The position numbers were made by a program, and so were the translations under genes. The notes under the pieces are model-generated. The model was given only the letters and a program-made list of their open reading frames with translations. It did no database searches and was not told the origin of the DNA. A stretch of DNA of 46,504 nt, filler included, from Catajapyx aquilonaris (taxonomy: Eukaryota): NCBI GenBank assembly GCA_000934665.2. It is 2 parts of 2 records of this genome, joined end to end, with 100 filler letters (N's around TTAATTAATTAA, not from the genome) between each part and the next. Parts side by side here need not be neighbours in the genome. Positions count along the whole stretch, not along the records: positions 1 to 23,285 come from JYFJ02005739.1; 1 more part is not named here. One strand, written 5' to 3'. The number at the start of each line of letters is the position of its first letter. The stretch's first letter is position 1. Shown here one piece after another: positions 1 through 11,000 of this stretch.

Positions 1-1714
1 TAGGACAGTCACTTAGCACCAAAAATCAATCACTTCAGAAAGGTCCCTAAAACTAGGGTTTATTATCCCCCTCCAATAACCGCTTACAATTTTTTTTCCC
101 CCCTGATCTTCTTTCAGGGGGGTGATAACAGGGACTGAAGCAAATCCCCCAACTTCCTTCGAAGAAAAATGTCGGCGGGCATTAATGTCCGGAGAGAATC
201 ATGGAGGCGGAGAAGAAGTCACCAGGGCGTGGTCCATTTCGAGCTAAAATACCAAACCTTGTTAGAAAGCCAAGGGGAACAAAGATCCTAGTCGTTGGAG
301 GATCGCTCTGGGAAGTGTTTTCGGGTTATCCTAATTCAGTGGTTCAAAAAGGAGTGGTCCAGAGACCTCCAGTGCTCATATGCACAGGGTGGTGCACGCT
401 CCAATATTCATTGTTCCAGAAGCCAGAGTAATAAGTTCCTTCCGATTTTTTATAATAATAATTATTATTATTACAGTATATTATATATGTAAGAAAACTG
501 TTCTACAGAATGTACAGTACCACCCTGTGTATCCGGCAGGGCCTCGGTGGTGCTATGCACTTATCTGGCTGATCTAATTGAATTGCATAGTGGCTGACCC
601 TTGGTTTGAACCCGGGTGTCTTTGGTATGTATGTGCCACAGGTGGATTGAATAATTTATGAATGTATAAGTCGCGAAAGTTGCATAGGGAGGAGGAAAAC
701 AAAACACAGACACAAAAAAATGAAACCACGATTCAACTTATATGTCTCCACCCTTTACACGTGCCTGTCTCCGTATGTAAGACTAATAACGAAGTGGGTG
801 TTTTCTCAGTACGTGTTTGCCCTTAACATTGATAAAGTGCTGATGGATTTGTGAGACATCAGTTGGGATCCAACATGGCCGCACGCTACTAGCGACGCTC
901 TCCCGGCCAAAACCCGAACTAGCAATCAACCAATAAGATTCACCTCCTGAAGGATAGTATTTTCCCTGGGTCTTGATTCTCCCGAATCCCTCTCCAGACA
1001 GAATGATCGCCCCTCGAGTCACAATTACACGGGATCTCCTCGGGGGCCCTTGAATCCTCCATTCCCCAGCTCTCCCCACACGCAATCAGCAGCCGGCAGA
1101 AGCCGCTCTAATGAAGCTTAGCCCAGGCAGCGCTTTTTTCTCCAAAAGAAAAGCGTACGTGAGACGCCTCAGGAGAGAGACAAGTCTTAGTTTACTGATG
1201 GATATAATTATTAACACTACAGTTTAATCCGTCATAATCGACTCAACAGGTCAAACTGAGGCTTGAAATCTGATGAGGCGTCTAAAACGCGACGTACAAA
1301 ACGCAACGTATAAAGTGCATGTTTTTAAAGCCACCTCATGAAAATAATCACAATTATATGAATTGCAGTGGTAATATCCATGGTACAGTACATCCTAATG
1401 ACCGGTCGTGTGAACCCATTTGTAATCAGCTATTAGCCGTATTGAGCCTTCCCATAAGAGCACGCCCATTTGCTGTGGGCGACAGAGAAAATAGTCTCTT
1501 TAGGATTAGGGCCATTGAAGCCAGGGCGGAAGGGATTACACAAAAGGTGAGAAGCGGATGAAGACAGATGATCTTCCGACGTCAACCCAAAATGAAGATG
1601 AAAAGCCCACTCAAGTGGGCCAAAAAGCAAGGCCTGCTTTTCTTCAGGGGGGTTTGCTTGGTTATGTAGGGGGAAAGGCAAGGCGGGGGAGCAGGCCATC
1701 CAGACACCGGAGGG

Positions 1715-1945
1715 TATAAAGTGCTACACAAGTTTCCTACCAGGCCCTGACCCCCCAAACACTATTTTCGTGTCTGCTGCACCATTAGCTGGATTTGCCT
1801 AAGAGCTTCAGAAGTTGGAAGGAAAAAGTCCGGTAATTAAATCCTAGTCGTTAGGCTCTCAGACAACGGTGCGGATGAATCAATATCTTCAGGTTTTGTT
1901 GGGTTGTCCGCATCAATTCTGTGGGATCAAGAGCTAGGGGGTCAT
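1715..1945 (+). ncRNA. Candidate structured non-coding RNA, copy 1 (alternatively the R region of an old LTR)
   Basis: TATAAAG at 1715; closing stem TGACCCCC 1748-1755 / GGGGGTCA 1937-1944; four motifs colinear with 21907-22012. Confidence 0.35.
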
Positions 1946-2137
1946 TTACACTGCTGAATCAGATATTTCCCCTAATATCTACAATATACTGTACAATTCA
2001 ACAATCCTCTGTAGTCACGATAATTAGTTAATCACATTAGATGTTACTGACAGGTAACAAAGGGAAATCCTCCATTGCTGCATCATTGGGTAAGAAGCTC
2101 AATAAACAGTCCAGCATCGTCATTCAACATGATTCTC

Positions 2138-2223
2138 TTTATTTAAAGGGGTAACAAAAATCACAGTTAACAAACTTGAAAACCCAAATATATTGTTTGA
2201 ATATCACCCTGTAAGCTCTTATT
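2138..2223 (-). terminator. Candidate polyadenylation signals of the TTC3-like gene
   Basis: AATAAA on the minus strand at 2143-2138 and 2223-2218, 420-500 nt after the stop codon. Confidence 0.4.
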
Positions 2224-2639
2224 ATTTTTTTAAAATCTATGTAACGTGTACAACTGTAACTGAAACTCGTGCCATTACTTTTCAGACTGTTAACTCCATT
2301 GGCACAATACCCGTCACACGATTTCATGTTCCTTACTAAGCTTCACTAAGGTCAGTCTTATGATTATAAAGTTTCATCTGATTACATAACAACAGGGCAC
2401 TTCCTTGGAAGAGTTTCATACAAACATGAGTCTTAAAAAATAAATTGCGAGGCAGCCTCATAGCCTGGTACTGGCATAAAATATAAGCCTCGCCTTTGAC
2501 TCTCACTATCCGTATAAATATTACGAAAGACAAATGAAAAAAAAAAATACTTGATATCACAATGGTTCACTACTTGGCCATTTTTAATTTTCATCCTATC
2601 ACATTATTTTCTTCCCTATGACTTAAGCTACTTAGGCTC

Positions 2640-3023
2640 TTATAGAGCAGGGAATTCGTCAGGCATCAAAACGTGCTCACGGCACATCGGGCAGGTGCGG
2701 TTCTCCAACATCCAACTCCGCACGCACTGTAAAATAAAGCAATTTCATCAAAAGCTGTTTTTCCACATGACAATTCTATCAATGGAGAAGTAGGGTTATG
2801 CTACCACTCACCTCCTCATGAAATGAGTGCTTGCATTTGAAAGTAATGACTTTCAGTTTGCCTTCGTAGAGGGGGTCAGTGCAGATGCAGCATTCTTCCA
2901 AGTTGCCCTCATATGATGTCTGGCCTCCACCCCGAGTCTTGCCCCAAGGGTTGCCAGGTAAATCCCCAAACTTATCCAGGCCCATCGAATTGCCGGAAAC
3001 GGTTGCTTCACCCAGCAGTTCCT
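2640..3023 (-). CDS. TTC3: C-terminal RING-H2 of the TTC3-like gene (exons 3023-2812, 2726-2640)
   Basis: ECCICTDPLYEGKLKVITFKCKHSFHEE|CVRSWMLENRTCPMCREHVLMPDEFPAL*; C3H2C3-type ligand spacing; TAA at 2642-2640. Confidence 0.92.
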
Positions 3024-6000
3024 CTGTAGGAAATTTTATTTTTAAAACTCATCAAACGTACAGCTACACGATATTGCCTTACTTCCTTTCTCCTGCAGCA
3101 GTTTCTTGGTCTCTGTTACTATGTCCTCGACCTTCATGCCTGACAGGTTCCCACGCCGGCGACGCAATTCGTGCACCAAGACATCAAGCTGCTCTCTATT
3201 GGTAACAGAAAAATGTTGTCAACTGTCATTCATTATGTACAAGCGTGTAAACACTCACGTGGTGTTGTGTGGAAATGAACGCTTCAGATGAACCAGGAGC
3301 TTGTTGTACTTGGAACTGGTCTTTGGAGTCTCTGATGGTGAGCTGTGAGACCTGGAACAGTTGAAATTTTGTCAATTTCAGTGCATTAAGTAACTACCAC
3401 CAAATTACATGCTGCACAGTAGCAACATGGTATGAGATAATAGACTTCCCAGACACTGAAGTTGTTTCTACCAAATTATATTGTACTGCTGGCCTTTTAA
3501 TCCCGTTATCATTACTTACGCAGCAGAGGGTGCTGGTAGTTGCACCATACGAGGCCTGGCTGGGTCAGGCATCGCCGCAGCACCAGCAACCTTGGCTGGG
3601 TTGAGTATGCGAGGCCTCACACTCAATGTGTGCTTGCCAACTGCAATGGGCTGAAGGGAAATACAAGCAGGTCAAAAACAGTCATCCAGAGTATTCATCA
3701 CTTCATAAAACTGTCCACAAAGGCATGTGCAACTCACTCTATCAGCCAAGACCCTCTGGGCACTCTCTGTCTTGAAGAAGGTGACAATAGCAAAGTTGAC
3801 AAACTTGAAGGTTGCTGCAGCCTTAGTGTTCGAGCCCACATACACAGCCTCTATGCGCCCGTACTTGCTGAAGAAATCCTGCAAATGTTAACATTGGATG
3901 AGCCAAGGTTTTTAAACACACAAGCTGACTTATGTGTCCATATATGCAGCTACAAGTTCACAATATTCCCACACTACCAGTTAGTTTACTAGAAACATGG
4001 GGCATCAAAAGGTGAGCATATCATCATACAATCAAGTAATGAGTAGCGAAAAATGGAGCTGAGTACAATCTATGAAAAATGGTAGTGAAAAAATTACCTC
4101 GACATCTTTCTTGGCCCATTCATTTGGCAGCGTGCCGACAAAGATTTCATGGGGGGAAATAGGGGCTTGCGGTGTATTTTGCTCCTTGGTCTTTGAAGCT
4201 GAAACAAGTCAGAAAGATTACAACTCTGGACTCAATACATATTGGTACACCCTGCACATTGTAAGTGAATGCAGTTGGCCCACCGTGCTTACCCTGTTGA
4301 GATCGTTCCTCAGGGACTGCAGGCTTTGCAAATGCAGGAGCAGCAGGAGCTTGAACTGAAATGGAAACAACAGTTACAAATAACTGCCACCACACTTTCC
4401 CTAGGCACTGATGCTAAGGATCAGCTGACGGAATGGACATCACATCCAGTCTATTACAGGAAACATGCACCATACATGCAACTAAAGCAGGTTATTTTAG
4501 TGCCCACTACAACAATGCCACAAGGGGGTAGTCACTTCTCAAAAAAGTGTACACCGGCTCTCTTGAGTTGCGGCTCTCCCCCGGCTCACCAGCAGGCTCA
4601 CCCACGGTCTTATGGGCTCAGCGATGGCTTGGAGAGCCGCAAAGAGCCACGGAGAGCCAACTACGTCACAACCTGCGGTTTTGACGATATGACGCCAAAA
4701 TGACGTAGTTTTCCGTCGGCTCTCCGCGGCTCACCAGTGAGGGTGTACACCGGCTCCCCGAAGTGGCTACCCCCTTGCAATGCCATTTCTTATGCATAAT
4801 CACTTGGAATCAACCTATGCAAGAGGCACGCCAATGATTTATTACTGAATAACTGCACGTATTGAAAATCTGTCCAAAACAACCTCTTGCACATGGCCCT
4901 GTTCATGTCCTTTAGGCCCACAATTCACTGGCAGAATGTTTTTTGTAAATACAGTATGTACAAGATCATTAATCACACATTCTATGTACAGTGCTGGATA
5001 TTAATGGATAGCCACAAGTATTGCCACCTGGTAGAGCTTTTCATTTACATGAACTTGCATGAAGCAAAGGAAAAGATCATCCAGGTGGCGATACTAGTGC
5101 ATTAATTGCCACCACTGTACTTGGAGGAAAAAATAATCACCACAGCCTTGCGAATCAACATTTCTTAATTTTCCTCCTCTGGCACAAATTGCTAAAAAGT
5201 AGTCCACACAACAAAATCTGCATGCATGACAACAAACAATACATCTACTGCCTCTCCTAATTGCATTGACGTATATAACATGGTTAAAGCATCATGCCAA
5301 AAAATTAGTAGGAATTAGTTACAAACTCAAGTTCATGGAAACCCTACAAGATGATCTCTCACTCGGCAATGAGGCTGCTCCTCTTGCTGGTGGTACAGTA
5401 GTTGTAGCTGCTTTTGCCAAAGAGGCTGAAGGTGTAGCTCTCAAGGACTGAGCCTCTGCAGTTTCCATGCTCCTAGTAGGAACTGACGAGTTCATCAATG
5501 GAAGCCCTGGTGGCCTTACCGGATCTGAGCTGGCCAATGAATGAGGTCTCTGGAAGAGGGGCTGCCCCAGCATGTTAGCAGCAGGACTTGGCATCATTGG
5601 CACTTGTGACACGGGGAAATTGACTCGACGCTCAAACATTTCCTCTGCCAGGGTGTCTATGGGCCAGGTGGGGTAGCAGGGGAGGGAGGGACATGCCAGA
5701 TGGGGAAGGGAAGACAAGGCATAACCCTTCATAAGTTGTTCCCGAAGGGTCGTCACTTCAGCCTGGAAACAAGAATTTTGGCTTGAATTACAAAGGAATA
5801 AAAAGGGTACTATCTAACTCTGCCTGACTTTTAATACCCACCAGCATTGCTCTTTGACGTATATGGCTACGTACACTGTAAACGGTGAAACATTAGAAGA
5901 GCATCACTGGTGAGTCTCTCATGGAGCATAAATTTCTAAACGCCCATTCACACAGGCCGTCGACGGTTTTGGTTTTCGGTCTCGCCGACGCCGCGGACCA

Positions 6001-7967
6001 ATCAGAGCGGGCCCTCGCCGTCGACGGTTTTGGTCTTCGGTCTCGTCGACCAAATCTGTTGATTTCTGTTTTGGTTTTGGTCGTAGTCGATCTGAAACTG
6101 CGACCGGCCAATAGGAGGCCGCGCTTGGGCAGCGTGCATGCCCATTGCCCAAGCGGTCATGTGAACATTAAACTGACAAAAGAAGAGCAGCTTGCGCAAA
6201 TCGGAGGTTGAGAAAAAGATGGCCGCCACGGTAGATGACGGTCGGGACAAGGCCCTTATCGACGAAGTGTAGAGGTGCAGCCTCCTCTACGAGATGGGGA
6301 AGGCCGAGTATCGGAACAAGGGGAAGCGGGAGAAGGCCTGGTACAGTACAAGTTGGGCAAGAGCCCTGGGAAGACCAAGTGCGTTCTGAACCACGTCCTG
6401 CACGTGTTCCGAGGGCCGTTCTGAGCGAATTTATGTACAAACTGCACTTGAAATAATGGCACGGTAGCTCACGTTGCTTCCTCTGCCTTCGAAGGACAAG
6501 AAGGGCGCGTATTAAAACCAGCTGGTGCATGTATGCAGCTGTAATGACATCCACATCCGCCATGTTGCCTACGCGTATGCGGCAGCGGCACTAGCGGCAA
6601 AGACCAAATCCGGCGATGTGACGGCCTGTGTGAAACTGACCAGCGGAAAAAGCGCGACCAGGACTTCGACGCGACCGCAAACCAAAACCGTCGATGGCCT
6701 GTGTGAATGGGCCTTAATGCTCCTATAATGCTTTTTAGCACCACAAGAGCATTAAAAATTGATGCTCCATGGGAGACTCATCAGTAATGCTCTTTTAAAG
6801 TTTTGCGGTTCAAAAACTCCTGATGGTATCATCCCAATCACTTCCGACATCCAGCAAAGGCAAAATCAACAGGCTCTGCTTACACTTGAACATGATATAA
6901 CGTGAGCTTCAAGTTTTATAAAGATTGGGCTATGCCAGTTACAAATCCAAAAGAATGAAAGTTTTGCAATCAATGCCATAAATCACAATACTCACAAAAA
7001 ACGCATCCCTGGTCACTGTGAGCCTGGCGAGGAAGGTGGTCCATTCACCAACACTCACTTGCAGCTCACTCTGCGTGGGTACAGAGGTCTCATTCAACTT
7101 CCCAAGCCAGGCATACAGACGGACTACTCTTTGCATCGTCTCCTCTAAGTAACGGGTGAAGATCTCCTTGCCCACTTCTTCTTTGATCTTCAATGCTTCA
7201 AGCTCGGCCCTGTGAGCCCTCTCTGTGGCCAGTTGCTGCTCCACTTCTGAGCGGCTCAGACTTTCCTGCAGCTCCTCTACACACGACCGAAAGTCGCCTC
7301 TACCCTGCATCACTGATACACTGTAACAGCAAATATATTTGTGAGCAGGAAACATCCACCTCTGAAGGATTAAAAAAGATCCTGAAACAACAGGATCATT
7401 CCCATGACGCTGTTTTAACCCTGGAACCGTGCCGTGCCTACGAGTATTACGGTAAGCGTGCCGTGGGGTCTTTTCGGAACCCACCATATTTTAATTTTTA
7501 TTAATTCTTATGTAATACTTTTCAATGTATTGACTATATACAATAATTCTTTGAACAATGCCTAAAAGGATCGCTAATTCAAAATAAATCTGCACTTCCT
7601 GTTATATACTGTAAAAAAAATGGCAAAAGTTCATTGTAATTATCATTTTAATGCATTTTTTCCCTTGGGGTCCAAAAAGACCCCACCGCATGGTTCCAGG
7701 GTTAATACCTCAGAACCCTGTTTAAAGAGAAACACTGCAAGTGGATGACAGTTCCTTCTGATGGGTTGGCACTCTTGGCTTCTGAGGTACAATCAGCACA
7801 ATATTATTCTGGACACTTTGATGTGCTTTTCATATGGGAATACATCCATGACAATATTGTGACCCTTGTACATAATATGAGGGTCACTTAATAGGTAAAT
7901 GCACAGTGGAGCACACAGCCCCTGAGTGCGTGACTCCACTCAGCGGCTGTGCTCCACTGTGCATTTA

Positions 7968-8010
<43 letters not shown>

Positions 8011-11000
8011 AATTCAGTTGTAGTGTGAGACTTGAAGTTGCAGATGGCTTCATTAGTACCACAGGTCATGGGATTGTGGATTGGCAAATGCTATAAATGC
8101 AGACCAATCAGGTACTGTGATGTGTGAAGATCAATGGTCGCACCTCAAGATTGCAAGTTTATGTGGCAAGAATCCAACAGCCATTCACAATGGTTTGCAT
8201 GAGGTTTCTGGTGATCAAGCAGTAGACCAGGTTAGTGTCCGGCTGGGTTATTTGCTTTCGTGAAGGATGTGTTAGCATAAACTCAAAATCAGGAAGGCCG
8301 AAAATTCCAATTGCACAAATTTGTGTTGGCAATGCAACATTGCTCAAGATTCTGCAATTTCCTCAATGTTGCTGAGCAGTTTTGTTTGACACAATCCCCA
8401 ACAAAGCACTGTGAATGTGTTGGATTTTTTGCTACATTAAATATCAATCTTGATAGTCAAACGTCACAGTATCCAAGGCAGCTGCATTGGCCACATCTAA
8501 AAATTAAACAACAAGAATCTACCGCTAGTTTGGGGTTTACCATTGGAACATGAACCCACTCCAGCCTAATAACCAATTTATAATTAAAGCAGAGTAGACC
8601 TGATCTTATTAATAAGCCATGATCTCTTGGCTGCATATTCATAAAGAAAAATGGAGTATGGAAAGGTCCAGTCATTTCTTTCAACATTTACAAGTAACCT
8701 AATCTGCTTTGCTTACAGGATATCAGCTAAACACAATTTCTGCATGCAGGCTTGTTGGTCCATGCTGAATATTAAATTATTAGGGGAGGGGGAGTGGTGC
8801 AGCGGTAACGTATGCGCCCACGGATGTTAAGGTCCCGGGTTCGAACCCAACCCGGGGAGTGCAGAGTTAAGAGTCGTCTCTGACTTCGTCTCGGGAGTAA
8901 TTTCCTTAGACTAATCCACCCGGGGGAACTCACAAAACGACCACATTTCAGACAAGGAACTGCACTTGCACATCCCCTCCTGTCATCCCAACCTGCCCGT
9001 GGGCCCGAGCGTTGTAAAAATAGGATTCCAAATTGTAACACCTCAAAAATAATAAATAAAGGTCTGGCTGAAAACTCCTAAGGGGTATCCCTATCCCCCA
9101 TTATAATATTAAGTTATTAGGAATATGAGGCAAGCCTAAAATTATTTGAAACTGGAATCATTACATGCTAATCAAAACGCTACATACTACATCAAAATGC
9201 CACATATTAAGTGAAAACAGAAGATTCATACCACATGCCCGGATTGCAGGGATCAGTGAAGGATTGGTGAGGGATAGGGTATCCATAGAACCGAAGGCAG
9301 GACAACCTTCAGAACAGCAACACAGTGATCAAGGTTTTGGAAGGTAGAAGAAAAACATCAGCATGCAACTTTTAGAAAACATTGAGGACAGCAAAGAGTC
9401 ACAAATTAATATACAGGGTGTTAATCCCAAGCTTGTCACCAGAAGATGGTAGAGGGCGCAGGTGTGAGCATTTTTGCATCAGGAACTAGGGGCCGGAAAG
9501 GCACCCTCACCGCCGCCACTCCGCCACGTGCCGCACGCCTCTTGCACACTGCCTGCCGCACACTTGCATAAGGAACTAGGGGTCGGAAACGCACCCTCAA
9601 CGAGTTACGCCCCTTACCTCGTTGAGGGTGCGTTTCCGACACCTAGTTCCTTATGCAAAAATGCTCACACCTGCGCCCTCTACCACCACCTTTTCTGGTG
9701 ACACGCTTAGGATTAACACCCTGTATAGTAATGCCATTTAATAGCTCAGGAAAGAATAGCTGGCTTTCCATAATGCCCAATTTGACGACTAACTTCAGAG
9801 TGAAGGCCTCCTTGAACTGCTCATCCTTCTTGGCAATTTCCTCCTTTAACTTTTCAATCTCGCTCTGCAGGGCACTCTGCCCAGCAGCCTCTTTTCGAAG
9901 CTCCTCCTCGTGCTTGGCCTTCAGCTCATTCACCTTTCGTGACTCAGCCTCTTTGTGGTGTGTCAGGCTCTGGGTGCTTTTACTTAAGGACTGATGCAGA
10001 AATGAAGCAAGAAAAAAATATTAGTAGCATATAACTCTACATCATTTGCACAATGTTCAACAATGTGCCAAATTGCAGTGCTCCAGTTTTGAAATATCAC
10101 AAAGGCAATATATAAACAATTATTGTACATGACATCCCCACACTATAACTGGTAGAACATAGTAGCAATAATCTTTTACAGTAACCACAATTCCAACTCC
10201 AGAAGTAAAACACAACTGCTGAGAAGTGTTTGTAGCAGATCTTATTTCCCCCTCTATTATTTTCAAAGAGATTCTGAAACTTTTTGACCACAATCTGATT
10301 ATGGCAGCCCAAAACCCTGTAACCTCATGTATTTTGGTAAAACTGCACATCGCTGGCCACTAAGAACTGAAACTTGCAGGTTTGGATGAGCTCATGATTT
10401 ACCAATGGGCCTTACACCTACCCTAACACTTAGTCCAAAACAAAAAATTTTAACTCGAAAGGTCACACACCTTAATCTCAGCCTTGCTTTCAGCCAGGTT
10501 CTTGTTGAGCTGTTTTACTTGAGCATCAGTGGAGTGCTTCATCTGGGACAATTTGTCCTTCAGTTCCTGATTCTCGGCCTGAAGCTTGTCACGGTTTGCT
10601 TCAACACTCCGGAGCTGCTTTGCAGGTACCAGGTCTGCTGAGGTCTGGGTGCTATGTGTAGACATCTGCAAGGAGTGATGAAAAATAAATAAAAATAAAC
10701 ACAGACATGTTGATACATTGGGGATCATGTATGGAGCATAACTTCTACACTACACAAGCCATTTATTAGGTTAGTAATGAAAATGACAAAATGCATATCA
10801 GTTTAAGAGCATAAATGAACCATAGCTAACCTTTCCCCTGCGGAACCACTCGTTCGTCCCTAGTCGCACACATCCTGTTTCCAAGTCTGCATGTGGGATG
10901 GTAACACCCTCTGGTCGGTCCACACTATCGGCACCGCGCTCTGTAGACTCTTGCTTTGCAACATTAGAAAATTTACTGGCCACATTATTGTTGTTCACCT

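Noticed and set aside
1268..1305. CTGATGAG followed by a stem, resembling a hammerhead ribozyme core
   Set aside because: The required GAAA after stem II is absent (GAC or CAAAA instead), and no stems I/III are evident
201..1699. Short ORFs in the first 1.7 kb
   Set aside because: No recognisable domain and no consistent splice chain on either strand
1821..1833. GGAAAAAGTCCGG resembling RNase P/MRP CR-I
   Set aside because: No matching CR-V / P4 partner seen; the motif pairs locally instead
3540..4703. Plus-strand ORFs of 144-150 aa
   Set aside because: Antisense shadows of TTC3-like exons and a MITE; no domain signal
4546..4760. Short repeated motifs suggesting a CRISPR-like array
   Set aside because: Irregular sub-terminal repeats inside a MITE in eukaryotic DNA; no constant repeat-spacer period
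8020..8700. Cys-rich, coding-looking stretch in a TTC3-like intron
   Set aside because: Stops in all minus frames after the candidate acceptor; no recognisable family
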